Assembly (NCBI RefSeq): GCF_963921235.1
Contig: NC_086097.1
Location: 175,338,001-175,402,000, forward strand
Length of the DNA stretch: 64,000 nt
Origin: Mobula hypostoma
Lineage: Eukaryota
Direction: 5' to 3'
The notes beneath the pieces were generated by a model. The model saw only the letters and a program-made list of their open reading frames with translations. It was not told where the DNA came from and did not search any database. A program made the translations under genes and the position numbers. Of the stretch, positions 13,284 through 26,459 are shown in pieces (positions within the stretch are counted from its first letter, which is position 1; the number at the start of each line of letters is the position of its first letter).

Positions 13284-13727
13284 GGTAAAAAGACCTTGAT
13301 GGGAGTTGTATATAGATCCCCAAACAATAGTAAGGATGTGTTTACAAATTACAATGGGAGATAGAAAATGCATGCCAAAAGGGCAATGTTACAATAGTCA
13401 TGGAGGATTTCAATATGCAGGTAGATTCATAAAATCAGGTTGGTGTTGGATTCCAGGAGGGGGTATTTCTAGAGTGCCTGTGAGATGGCTTTTTAGAGCA
13501 GTTTGTGGTTAAGCCCACAAGGAGATCAGCTATTCTGGACTGGGTGTTGTGCAATGGTCTGGAATTGATTAGAGCGCTTAAGGTAAAAGAACCCTTAGGG
13601 GAAAGTGATCATGATATGATTGAATTCACCTTGAAATTCGAAAAGGAGAAGCTAAAGTCAGATGTATCATTATTACAATGAAATAAAGGGAATTACAGAG
13701 GTATGAGAGAGGAGTTGGCCAGAATTT

Positions 13728-14340
13728 CCAGGTCTAGAACACAAGAGCAGGGATGTGATGCTGAGACTTTATAAGGAACTGGTGAGGCCTCACCTTTAAT
13801 ATTGTGAACGATTTTGGGCTCCTCATCTAAGAGAAGATGTGCTGGCATTGGATGGAGAGAGTTCAGAGGAGGTTCACAAGGATGATTCTGGGAATGAAAT
13901 GGTTATCATACGAGGAATGTTTGAAAGCTCTGGGTCTGTACTTGCTGAAATGTAGAAGGATGAGGGGGGATCTCATTGAAACCTTTTGAATGTTGAATGG
14001 CCTAGACAGAGTTGATGTGGAAAGGATTTTTAACATGGTGGGGGGTCAAGAACAAGAGGTCACAGCCTCAGGGTAAAGGAGAGTTCATTTGAAACAGAGA
14101 TGTGGAGAAATTGCTTTAGTCAGAGGGTGGTGAATTTATGGAATTTATTACCAGAGGCAGCTGTAGCAGCCAGGTCAGTGAGGGCATTTAAGGCAGAGTT
14201 TGATAAGTTCTTGATTGGACATGGCATGTGGAGAAGGCTGAGGAGGGGAAAAAAGATTAGCCATGATCGAATGCCAGAGCAGACTCGATGGACCAGATGG
14301 CCTAATTCTGCTCCTATGTCTTACGGTCATTATTGGTCTT
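13728..14340 (+). mobile_element. 5'-truncated CR1 3' end nested in CR1 X
   Basis: RT C-terminus, 3' UTR and tail. The X sequence (gagttggccagaat/attgattgg) resumes afterwards. Confidence 0.75.
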
Positions 14341-15512
14341 ATTGATTGGAAAACAACAACAGCAGAGCAGCAATGGCTGGAGTTTCTGGAAGCAATTCAG
14401 AAGGCATAAGATATATACATTCCAAAGAGGAAGAAGTATTCTAAAGGCAAGGTGACACAACCACGGCTAACAGGAGAGGTCAAAGCCAACATAAAAGCCA
14501 AAGGGAGGGCATATAATAGAGCAAAAATTAGTGCAGAGTTAGAGGAATGGGAAACTTTTAAAATCCACCAGAAGGCAACTAAAATAGTCATTAGGATGGT
14601 AAAGATGGAATCCAAAAGCTAGCCAATAATATTAAAGAGGATACCAAAAGTTTCTTCAAATACATAAGGTGTAAATGAGAGGCAAGAGTCGATATTGGAC
14701 CATTCGAAAACGATGCTGGAGAGATAGTAATGGGGGATGTGGAATAGCAGATGAACCGAATAAGTATTTCGCATCAGTCTTCACTGTGGAAGACACTAGC
14801 TGTGTGGTGGCAGTTCCAGGTGTCAGGGGTCATGAAGTGTGTGAAGTTACCATTATTAGAGAGAAGGTTCTTGGGAAACTGAAAGGTCTGAAGGTAGGTA
14901 AGTCATTTGGACAAGATGGACTACACCTCAGGGTTCTGAAAGAGGTGGCTGAAGAGATTGTGGAGGCATGGGTAATGATCTTTTAAGAATCAATAGATTC
15001 TGGAATGTTTCTATAGACTGGAAAATTGCAAATGTTACTCCACTCTTCAAGAAGGAAGGGAGGCAGAAGAAAGAAAACCGTAAGCCAGTTAATCAATCCT
15101 CAATGGTTGGGAAGATGTTGGAGTCGATTATTAAGAATGAAGTCTCAGGGCTCAGGGTACTTGGAGGCATGTGATAAAATAGGCCGTAGTCAGAATGAGT
15201 TCCTCTAGAGAAAACATTGTCTGAAAAACCTCCTGGAATTCTTTGAAGAAATAACAAGCAGGATAGACAGAGGAGAATCCGTTGGTGTTGTGTTCTTGAA
15301 TTTTCAGAAGGCATTTGACAAGGTGCCATACATGAGGCTGCTTAACAAGCAACGAGCCCGTGGTATTGCAGGAAGGATTCTAGCATGGACAAAGCGGTGA
15401 CTGATTGGCAGGCAGCAAAGAGTCGAAATAAAGAGAGCTTTTCTGGTTGGCTGCTGGTGACTAGTGGTGTCCCACAGGGTCTGTTTGGGACCAATTCTTT
15501 TTAAGTTATATG

Positions 15513-15992
15513 TTAATAGGCTGTATCACTGTCTGGTATTCGGGGAGGGGGGCTACGGCACAGGACCGAAAGAAGCTGCAGAAGGTTGTAAATTTAGTCA
15601 GCTCCATCTTCGGTACTAGCCTGCAAAGTACCCGAAGTATTTTAATGGGCGATGTCTCAGAAAGGCAGCGTCCATTATTAAGGACCTCCAGCACCCAGGG
15701 CATGCCCTTTTCTCACTGTTACCATCAGGTAGGAGGTACAGAAACCTGAAGGCACACACTCAGCGAATCAGGAACAGCTTCTTCCCCTCTGCCATCTGAT
15801 TCCTAAATGGACATTAACCCTTGAACACTAGCTACTTTTTGCACGATTTTTAATCTATTGAATATACATATACTGCAATTTATTTATTTATTTTTCTTCT
15901 ATATTATGTATTGCATTGAACTACTGCTGCTAAGTTAACAAGTTTCATGACACATGCTGGTGATAGTAAACCTGATTCTGATTCTAATTCTG
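15513..15992 (+). mobile_element. Rex1/L2-like LINE 3' end with (attctg)n tail, nested in CR1 X
   Basis: ORF 15510-15749 GCITVWY...DRKKLQKVV; tail ctgattctgattctaattctga. It splits the CR1 RT between LYV and INGLD. Confidence 0.75.
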
Positions 15993-16519
15993 ATTAATGG
16001 TTTGGATAATGGAATTGATATAAAGTTTGCAGACAATATGAAAAGAGGTGGAGCGGCAGGTCATTTTGAGGAAGTAGAGAGGCTACAGGAAGACTGTTTA
16101 GGAGAATGGGCAAATACTGTGTTGGGAAGTGTATGATCATGTATTTGGTGGAAAAACTGAAAGGGTAGACTATTTTCTTAATAGAGAGAAAATACAAAAC
16201 ACTGAGGACATTGGAATCCTTGAATAGGATTCCCTGAAGGTTAATTTGCTGGCTGAGTTCGGTGGTGAGGAAGGCAAATGCGATGTGGTATTCATTTAAA
16301 AAGGACTAAAATATAAAGCAAGGATGTAATGTTGAAACTTTATAAAACACTGGTGAGGCCTCACTTGGAGTATTGTGAGCAGTTTTGGGCCCCTTATCTT
16401 AGAAAGGATGTGCTGAAACTGGAACACGAGGGAATCTGCGGATGCTGGAAATTCAAACAACATACATCAAAGTTGCTGGTGAATGCAGCAGGCCAGGCAG
16501 CATCTCTAGGAAGAGGTAC

Positions 16520-16555
16520 AGTCGACGTTTCAGGCCGAGACCCTTCATCAGGACT
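16520..16555 (-). ncRNA. Minimal type I hammerhead ribozyme (PLE-associated)
   Basis: Minus strand AGTC-CTGATGA-agg gtctcgg cct-GAAA-CG-TC-GACT: intact CUGAUGA/GAAA core, stems I and II, palindromic ACGT stem III and a GUC cleavage triplet. Confidence 0.75.
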
Positions 16556-18398
16556 AACTGAAGGAAGAGTTAGTAAGAGATTTGAAAGTGGGAGGGGGAG
16601 GGGGAGATCTGAAATGATAGGAGAAGACAGGAGGGGGAGGGATGGAGCCAAGAGCTGGACAGGTGATTGGCAAAGGGGATATGAGAGGATCATGGGACAG
16701 GAGGCCCAGGGAGAAAGAAAGGGGGAGGGGGGAAGCCCAGAGGATGGGCAAGGGGTATAGTGAGGGGGACAAAGGGAGAAAAAGAAGAGAGAAAAAAATA
16801 ATAATAATAAATAAATAACGGATGGAGTACGAAGGGGAGGTGGGGCATTAACAGAAGTTTGAGAAGTTAATGTTCATGTCATCAGGTTGGAGGCTACCCA
16901 GACGGAATATAAGGTGTTGTTTCTCCAACCTGAGTGTGGCTTCATCTTTACAGTAGAGGAGGCCGTGGGTAGACATATCAGAACGGGAATGGGATGTGGA
17001 ATTAAAAGGTGTGGTCACTGGGAGATCCTGCTTTCTCTGGAGGACAGAGCATAGGTGTTCAGCGAAACGGTCTCCCAGTCTGCGTTGGGTCTCGCCAATA
17101 TATAGAAGGCCACATCGGGAGCACCGGACGCAGTATATCACCCCAGCCGACTCACAGGTGAAGTGTCGCCTCACCTGGAAGGACTGTCTGGCACCCTGAA
17201 TGGTAGTGAGGGAGGAAGTGTAAGGGCATGTGTAGCACTTGTTCCATTTACAAGGAGAAGGGCCAGGAGGGAGATTGGTGGGGAGGGATGGGGGGGACGA
17301 ATGGACAAGGGAGTCGCGTAGGGAGCGATCCCTGTGGAAAGTGGGGGGGGTAGGGAAAGATGTGCTTAGTGGTGGGATCTCGTTGGAGGTGGAGGAAGTT
17401 ACGGAGAATAATATGTTGGACCTGGAGGCTGGTGGGGTGGTAGGTGAGGATAAGGGGGACCCTATTCCTAGTGGGGTGGCGGGGGGATGGGGTGAGAGCA
17501 GATGTGCGTGAAATGGGAGAGATACGTTTGAGAGCAGAGTTGATGGTGGAAAAAGGGAAGCCCTCTTCTTTAAAAAAGGAGGACATCTCCTTCGTCCTGG
17601 AATGAAAAGCCTCATCCTGAGAACAGATGTGGCGGAGACGGAGGAATTGCGAGAAGGGGATGGCATTTTTGCAAGAGACAGGGTGAGAAGAGGAATAGTC
17701 CAGATTGCTCCCCTTCCCCTTCTTGCAATTCCTCCATCTCCACTGCATCTGCTCTCAGGATGAGGCTTTTCATTCCAGGACGAAGGAGATGTCCTCCTTT
17801 TTTAAAGAAAGGGGCTTCCCTTCCTCCACCATCAACTCTGCTCTCAAACGTATCTCTCCCATTTCACGCACATCTGCTCTCACCCCATCCTCCCGCTACC
17901 CCACTAGGAATAGGGTTCCCCTTGTCCTCACCTACCACCCCACCAGCCTCCGGGTCCAACATATAATTCTCCATAACTTCTGCCACCTCCAACAGGATCC
18001 CACCATTAAGCACATCTTCCCCTCCCCCCCCCACTTTCTGCAGGGATCGCTCCCTACGCGACTTCCTTGTCCATTCGTCCCCCCCATCCCTTCCCACTGA
18101 TCTCCCTCCTGGCACTTATCCTTGTAAGCGGAACGTGCTACATATGCCCTTACACTTCCTCCCTTACCACCATTCAGGGCCCCAGACAATCCTTCCAGGT
18201 GAGGCGACACTTCACCTGTGAGTCGGCTGGGCTGATATACTGCGTCCGGTGCTCCTGATGCGGCCTTCTATATATTGGCGAGACCCGACGCAGGCTGGGA
18301 GACCGTTTCACTGAACACCTACACTCTGTCTGCCAGAGAAAGCAGGATCTCCCAATGGCCACACATTTTAATTCCACGTCCCATTCCCATTCTGATAT

Positions 18399-20525
18399 AG
18401 CAGATATTTGTAGTAAGAACAAGGTTGTGATTGTGGGAGATTTTAATTTTTCACACGTAGACTGAGAAGCCCATTCTGCAAAAGGGCTGGATGGTTTGGA
18501 GTTTGTAAAATGTGTGCAGGATAGTTTTTTGAAGCAATACATAGAGGTACCAACTAGAGAAGGGGCAGGGTTGGATCTCCTGTTAGGGAATGAGATAGGT
18601 CAGGTGACGGATGTTAGGGAGCACTTCAGGTCCAGTGATCACAATACAATTAGTTTCGGTGTAATTATGGAGAAGGATAGGACTGGACCTAGGATTGAGA
18701 TTTTTGATTGGAGAAAGGCTAACTTTGAGGAGATGCGAAAGGATTTAGAAGGGGTGGATTGGGAAAATTTGTTTTATGGGAACAGAGAAATGGAGGTCAT
18801 TTAAAGGTGAAATTTTGAGGGTTCGGAATCTTTATGTTCGTGTTAGGTTGAAATGAAAGGTTAAAAGTTTGAGAGAGCCATGGTTTTCAAGAGATATTAG
18901 AAACTTGGTTCAGAAAAAGAGAAGGATCTTCAATAAATATAGGCAGCTTGGAGTTAAGGAGGTACTCAAGGAATATAAAGAATGTAAAAAGAATCTTAAG
19001 AAAGAAATTAGAAAAGCTAAAAGAAGATACGAGGCTGCTTTGGCAAGTAAGGTGAAAATAAATCTAAAGGGTTTCTATAGTTATGTTAGTGGCAAAAGGA
19101 TAGTGAGGGATAAAATTGGTTCCTTGGAGAATCAGAGTGGACAGCTATGTGTGGAGCCAAAAGGGATGGGGGAGATTTTGAACAATTTCTTTTCTTCCGT
19201 ATTCACTAAGGAGAAGGATATTGAATAGTGTAAGGTAAAGGAGACAAGTAGGGTAGTTATGGAAAGTATGACAATCAAAGAAGAGCAAGTACTTGCACTT
19301 TTAAGGAATATAAAAGTGGATAGGTCTCCGGGTCCGGACAAGATATTCCCTAGGACTTTGAGGGAAGTTAGTGTAGAAATAACAGGGGCTCTGACAGAAA
19401 TATTTCAAATGTCATTAGAAATGGGAATGGTGCCGGAAGACTGGTGTATTGCTCATGTGGCTCTATTGTTTAAAAAGGGTTCTAAGAGTAAACCTGGCAA
19501 TTATCGGCCTGTGAGTTTGACGTCAGTGGTGGGTAAATTGATGGCGCCAGAGAGTAGTGGTGGATAACTGTGTCAGATTAGAGGACGGTGTGTAGCGGTG
19601 TGCCTCAGGGATCTGTACTGGGTCCAATGTTGTTTGTCATATATATTAATGATCTGGATGATGGGGTGGCAAATTGGATTAGTAAGTATGCAGATGATAC
19701 TAAGATAGGTGGTGTTATGGATGATGAGGTAGGTTTTCAAAACTTGCAGAGAGATTTAGGACAGTTAGAAGAGTGGGCTGAAAGATGGCAGATGGACTTT
19801 AATGCTGAAAAATACGAGGTGCTACATTTTGGTAGAACTAATCAAAATAGGACATACATGGTAAATGGTGGGGCATTAAAGAATGCTTTAGAACAGAGGG
19901 ATCTAGGAATAATGGTGCATAGTTCCCTGAAGATGGAATCTCATGTGGATAGGGTGGTGAAGAAAGCTTTTGGTTTCCTGGACTTTATTAATCAGAGCAT
20001 TGAGTATAGGAGTTGGGATGTAATGTTGACTTTGTATAAGGCATTGGTAAGGCCAAATCTGGAGTATTGTGTACAGTTCTGGTCATCGAATTATAGGAAA
20101 GATGTCAATAAAATTGAGAGAATACAGAGGAGGTTTACTAAAATGTTGCCTGGGTTTCATATCCTAAGTTATAGAGAAGGGTTGAACAAGTTAGGTCTTT
20201 ATTCTTTGGAGCGTAGAAGGTTGAGGGGGGGGGGACTTGATAGAGGTGTTTAAAATTATGAGGGGGATTGACAGAGTTGACGTGGCGAGACTTTTTCCAT
20301 TGAGAGTGGGGAAGATTCAAACAAGAGGACATGGGTTGAGAAGTGGTTGAGGCAGATTCTATGTTGTCATTTAAAGTTAAATTGGATAGATATATGGACA
20401 GGAAAGGAATGGAGGATTATGGGCTGAGTGCAGGTCAGTGGGACTAGGATAGGGTACGGCATGGACTAGAAGGGCCGAGACGGCCTGTTTCCGTGCTGTA
20501 ATTGTTATATGGTTATATGGTTATA
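18399..20525 (+). mobile_element. CR1 LINE family A copy 1, nested in the PLE
   Basis: ORFs 18496-18804, 18869-19228, 19259-19567 and 19588-20253 (EN end, RT YADD). Tail (ttatatgg)n; TSD tgatat at 18393-18398 and 20526-20531. Confidence 0.92.
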
Positions 20526-20687
20526 TGATATGTCTATCCACGGCCTCCTCTACTGTCAAGATGAAGCCACACTCAGGTTGGAGGAACAACACCTTATATT
20601 CCGTCTGGGTAGCCTCCAACCTGATGGCATGAACATTAAATTCTCTAACTTCCGTTAATGCCCCACCTCCCCCTCGTACCCCATCCG

Positions 20688-20692
<5 letters not shown>

Positions 20693-20731
<39 letters not shown>
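20693..20731. repeat. (TA)n microsatellite within the PLE pLTR
   Basis: Direct reading of the sequence. Confidence 0.9.
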
Positions 20732-22236
20732 TCTTTTTTTCTCTCTCTCCTTTTTCTCCCTCTGTCCCTCTCACTATACTCCTTGCCCATCCTCTAGACT
20801 TCCCCCTCCCCCTTTCTTTCTCCCTAGGCCTCCTGTCCCATGATCCTCTCATATCCCTTTTGCCAATCAACTGTTCAGCTCTTGGCTCCATCCCTCCCCC
20901 TCCTGTCTTCTCCTATCATTTCCCTCTCCTCCTCCCACTTTGAAATTTCTTACTCTCTCTTCTTTCAGTTAGTCCTGGTGAAGGGTCTCAGCCTGAAATG
21001 TCGACTGTACCTCTTCCTATAGATGCTGCCTGGCCTGCTGCGTTCACCAGCAACTTTTATGTGTGTTGCTGAAACTGGAGAGGGGTTAAAGTAGGTTTAC
21101 GAAAAAGATTCCACGATTGAATGGCTTGTCATATGAAGAGCATTTGATGGCTCTTGGCCTGTATTCATTCGAATTAAGATGAATGAGGAGTGACCTAATT
21201 GAAACCTATTGAATGGTGAAAGGCCTTGATAGAGTGTACGTGGAGAGAATGATTCCTATGGTGGGAGAATCTACGACTAGAGGACACAGCCTCAGAATAG
21301 AGGGGCGTCATTATAGAATGGAGATGAGGAGGAATTTCTTTAGCCAGAGAATGGTGACTCTGTGGAATTCTTTGCCACAGGCATCTGTGAAGGCCAAGTC
21401 TTTGTGTATATTTAAGGCAGTGGTTGATAGATTCTTGATTGGTCAGGGCATGAAGGGATATGGGGAGAGGCAGGAGATTAGGGCTGAAGAAAATTGGATC
21501 AACCATGATGAAATGGTGGAGCAGGTTGCTTGGGCCAAATGTTCTAATTCTGCTCCTATATCTTATGGTTTTATGGAATGATATTAGCGTGGATAGAGCA
21601 TTGGCTGATTGGCAGGAGGCAAAGAGTGGGAATAAAGAGAGCCATTTCTGGATGGCTGCCTGTGGCTAGTGGTGTTGCACAGGGATCTGTGTTTGGGCTG
21701 CTTTTTTAACATTATACGTCAATGATTTGTATGGTATAATTGATAGGTTTGTGGCAATGTTTGAGGATGATACAAAGATAGGTGGAGGAGCAGGTAGTTT
21801 TGAGGAAGTAGAGAGGCTAAAGGAAGATTTCGACAGATTAAAAGAATAGACAAAGAAGTGGCAGGTGGAATACAGTGTCAGAAAGTATATGGCCATGCAC
21901 TTTGGTAGAAGAAATAAAAGTGTAGACTATTTCTAAATGGAGAGAAAATTCAAAAATCTGAGGTGCAAAGGGACTTGGGAGATCTCATGCAGTATTCCCT
22001 AGAGTTTAAGTTGCAGGCTGAGTCGGTGGTGAGGAAGGCAAATGCAATGTTAGCACTTATTTTGAGAGAACTAGAATATAAAGCAAAGGTGTAACGTTGA
22101 TGCTTTATAAAGCACTAGTGAGGCATCACTTGGAGTATTGCGAGCAGTTTTGGGCCCTTATCTAAGAAAGGATGTACTAACAGTGGCGATGTTTCAAAGG
22201 AGGTTCAAGAGAATGATTCTAGAAATGAAAGGGTTA

Positions 22237-25200
22237 CCATAACCATATAACTATATAACAACGACAGCACAGAAACAGGCCATCTCATCTCTTCTAGTCC
22301 ATGCTGAACTCTTACTCTCACCTAGTCCCACCGATCTGCACTCAGCCCATAACCCTCCATTCCTTTCCTGTCCATATAGCTATCCAATTTAACTTTAAAC
22401 GACAACATCGAACCTGCCTCTACCACTTCTGCTGGAAGCCCATTCCACACAGCTACCACTCTCTGAGTAAAGAAGTTCCCCCTCATGTTACCCCTAAACT
22501 TTTGCCCCCTAACTCTCAACTCATGTCCTCTTGTTTGAATCTCCCCTAATCTCAATGAAAAAAGCCTATCCACGTCAACTCTATCTATCCCCCTCATAAT
22601 TTTAAATACCTCTATTAAGTCCCCCCTCAACCTTCTACGCTCCAAAGAATAAACATAAAACATAGAATAGTACAGCACAGTACAGGCCCTTTGGCCCACA
22701 ACGTTGTGCCGACCCTCAAACCCTGCCTCCCATATAAGCCCCCACCTTAGATTCCTCCATATACCTGTCTAGTAGTCTCTTAAACTTCACTAGTGTATCT
22801 GCCTCCACCACTGACTCAGGCAGTGCATTCCATGCACCAACCACTCTCTGAGTAAAAAACCTTCCTCTAATATCCCCCTTGAACTTTCCACCCCTTACCT
22901 TAAAGCCATGTCCTCTTGTATTGAGCAGTGGTGCCCTGGGGAAGAGGCGCTGGCTATCCCTTCTATATATTCCTCTTATTATCTTGTACACCTCTATCAT
23001 GTCTCCTCTCATCCTCCTTCTCTCCGAAGAGTAAAGCCCTAGCTCCCTTAATCTCTGATCATAATGCATATCTTCTAAACCAGGCAGCATCCTGGTAAAT
23101 CTCCTCTGTACCCTTTCCAATGCTTCCACATCCTTCCTATAGTGAGGTGACCAGAACTGGACACAATACTCCAAGTGTGGCCTAACCAGAGTTTTAGAGA
23201 GCTGCATCATTACATCGCGTATCTTAAACTCTATCCCTCGACTTATGAAAGCTAACATCCCATAAGCTTTCTTAACTGCCCTATCCACCTGTGAGACAAC
23301 TTTCAGGGATCTGTGGACATGTACCCCGAGATCCCTCTGCTCCTCCACACTACCAAGTATCCTGCCATTTACTTTGTACTCTGCCTTGGAGTTTGTCCTT
23401 CCAAAGTGTACCACCTCACACTTCTCCGGGTTGAACTCCATCTGCCACTTCTCAGTCCACTTCTGCATCCTATCAATGTCTCTCTGCAATCTTTGACAGT
23501 CCTCTACACTATCTACAACACCACCAACCTTTGTGTCGTTTTCAAACTTGCCAACCCACCCTTCTACTCCCACATCCAGGTCGTTAATAAAGATCACGAA
23601 AAGTAGAGGTCCCAGAACAGATCCTTGTGGGACACCACTAGTCACAATCCTCCAATCTGAATGTACTCCCTCCACCACCACCCTCTGCCTTCTGCAGGCA
23701 AGCTAATTCTGAATCCACCTGGCCAAACTTCCCTGGATCCCATGCCTTCTACCTTTCTGAATAAGCCTACCGTGTGGAACCTTGTCAAATGCCTTACTAA
23801 AATCCATATAGATCACATCCACTGCACTACCCTCATCTATATGCCTGGTCACCTCCTCAAGGAACTCTATCAGGCTTGTTAGACACGATCTGTCCTTCAC
23901 AAAGCCATGCTGACTGTCCCTGATCAGACCATGATTCTCTAAATGCCTATAGATCCAACTTGTTCAACCTTTCTCTGTAACTTAGGTGCTGAAACCCAGG
24001 TAACATTCTAGTAAATCTTCTCTGTACTCTCTCTATTTTGTCGACATCTTTCCTATAATTTGGTGACCAGAACTGTACACAATACTCCAAATTTGGCCTT
24101 ACCAATGCCTTGTAGAATTTTAACATTACATCCCAACTCCTATACTCAATGCTCTGATTTATAAAGGCCAGCATACCAAAAGCTTTCTTCACCACACTAT
24201 CTACATGAGATTTCACCTTCAGGGAACTATGCACCATTATTCCGAGATCCCTCTGTTCTACTGCATTCTTCAATGCCCTACCATTTACCATGTATGTCCT
24301 ATTTTGATTAGTCCTACCAAAATGTAGCACCTCACATTTATTACCCACAATGCCCCCTATCTTAGTATCATCTGCATACTTACGAATCCAATTTACCACC
24401 CCATCATCCAGATCATTAATGTATATGACAAACAACATTGGACCCAGTGCAGATCCCTGAGACACACCGCTAGTCACCGGCCTCCAATCTGACAAACAGT
24501 TATCCACCACTACTCACTGGCGTCTCCCATCCAGCCACAGCTGAATCCATTTTACTACTTCAATATTAATACATAACGATTGAACCTTCCTAACTGACCC
24601 TCCATGTGGAACCTTGTCAAAGGCCTTACGGAAGTCCAAATAGACAACATCCACCGCTTTACCCTCATCAACTTTCCTAGTAATCGCTTCAAAAAATTCA
24701 ATAAGATTTGTCAAACATGACCTTCCATGCACAAATCCATGTTGACTGTTCCTAATCAGACCCTGTTTATCCAGATAATTATATATACCATCTCTAAGAA
24801 TACTTTCCATCAATTTACCCACCACTGACGTCAAACTCACAGGCCGATAATTGCTAGGTTTACTCTTAGAACCCTTTTTAAACAATGGAACAACATGAGC
24901 AATATGCCAATTCTCTGGCACCATCCCCGTTTCTGATGATATTTGAAATATTTCTGTCAGATCCCCTGCTATTTCTACACTAAATTCCCTTAAGGTCCTA
25001 GGGAATATCCTGTCAGGATCAGGAGACTTATCCACTTTTATATTCCTTAAAAGCGTCAGTACTTCTTCTTCTATAATCATCATAGTTTCCATAACTTCCC
25101 TACCTGTTTCCCTTACCTTACACAATTCAATATCCTTCTCCTTAGCGAATACCGAAGAAAAGAAATTGTTCAAAATCTCCCCTGTCTCTTTTGGTTCCAT

Positions 25201-26459
25201 ACATAACTGTCCACTCTGATTCTCTAAGGGACTAATTTTATCCCTCACTATCCTTTTGCTATTAATATAACTATAGAAACCCTTTGGATTTATTTTCACC
25301 TTACTTGCCAAAGCAGCCTTGTATCTTCTTTTAGCTTTTCTAATTTCTTTCTTAAGATTCTTTTTACATTCTTTATATTCCTCGAGCACCTCATTTACTC
25401 CATGCTGCCTATATTTATTGTAGATCTCTCTCCTTTTCCGAACCAAGTTTCCAATATCCCTTGAAAACCATGGCTCTCACAAACTTTTAACCTTTCCTTT
25501 CAACCTAACAGGAACATAAAGATTCTGTGCCCTTAAAATTTCACCTTTAAATGACCTCCATTTCTCTATTACATCCTTCCCATAAAACAAATTGTCCCAA
25601 TCTCCTCCTCATAAATCCTTTCGCATCTCCTCAAAGTTAGCCTTTCTCCAATCAAAAATCTCAACCCTGGGTCCAGACCTATCCTTCTCCATAATTATAT
25701 CGAAACTAATGGCATTGTGATCACTGGACCTGAAGTGGTCCCCAACACATACCTGTCACCTGACCTATCTCATTTCCTAACAGGCGATTCAACACTGCCC
25801 CTTCTCTAGTTGGTACCTCTATGTATTGCTGCAAAAAACTATCCTGCACACATTTTACAAGCTCCAAACCATCCAGCCCTTTTACAGAATGGGCTTCCCA
25901 GTCCATGTGTGGGAAAATTAAAATCTCCCACAATCACAACCTTGTGCTTACTACAGATATCTGCTATCTCCTTACAAATTTGCTCCTCCAATTCTTGCTC
26001 CCCATTAGGTGGTCTATAATACACCCCTATAAGTGTTACTACACCTTTCCCATTCCTCAATTCCACCCAAATAGCCTCCCTAGACAAGCCCTCTAACCTA
26101 TCCTGCCAGAGCACCGCTGTAATATTTTCTCTGACAAGCAATGCAACACCTCCCTCTCTTGTCCCTCCAATTCTATCACACCTAAAGCAACGAAATCCAG
26201 GAATACTTAGTTGCCAATCACACCCCTCCTGCAACCATGTTTCACTAATAGCTACCACATCATACTTCCAGGTATCAATCCATGCTTTAAGCTCATCCAC
26301 CTTTCTTATAATATTCCTCGCATTAAAATAAATGCATTTAAGAAATTTTCCACCTCTCACTCTCTGTTTATCACTAACGGTGCAAACAACTTTACTATTT
26401 TCTTTTTCTTCCTTCTCCTCTATATCTGTTCCTACACTCTGGTTCCCCTCCCCCTTTGT
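22237..26459 (-). mobile_element. CR1 LINE family A copy 2 (22237-22652 plus 23948-26459), nested in CR1 Y
   Basis: ORFs 25839-26495 (APE endonuclease, YFNARNI...ISETWL), 24514-25446 and 23947-24510 (RT), and 22322-22699. Tail (ccatataa)n on the plus strand. Confidence 0.92.
22653..23947 (-). mobile_element. CR1 LINE family B copy 2, nested in family A copy 2
   Basis: The 321-aa ORF 22716-23681 is nearly identical to those of 4955-6488 and 37945-39470. Confidence 0.92.

Larger units (their letters stand above)
16424..21066. mobile_element. Penelope-like element as an inverted pair: minus arm 16424-17704, plus arm 17705-18398 plus 20532-21066
   Basis: Both arms carry GIY-YIG endonuclease sequence (CYTCPY...VIYCVRCSRCGLLYIGETQRRLGDRFAEH) and end outward in a hammerhead-bearing pLTR. 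A 13-bp duplication tgctgaaactgga flanks the unit (16411-16423, 21067-21079). Confidence 0.9.
12778..21577 (+). mobile_element. CR1 LINE X nested in Y, in pieces (12778-12998, 13284-13727, 14341-15512, 15993-16423, 21080-21577)
   Basis: Begins in the endonuclease region (YDVVGITE-like; WIELR..K|GKKTLMGVVY), passes through RT and ends in a tcttatggttttatgg tail. The pieces are colinear. Confidence 0.75.
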
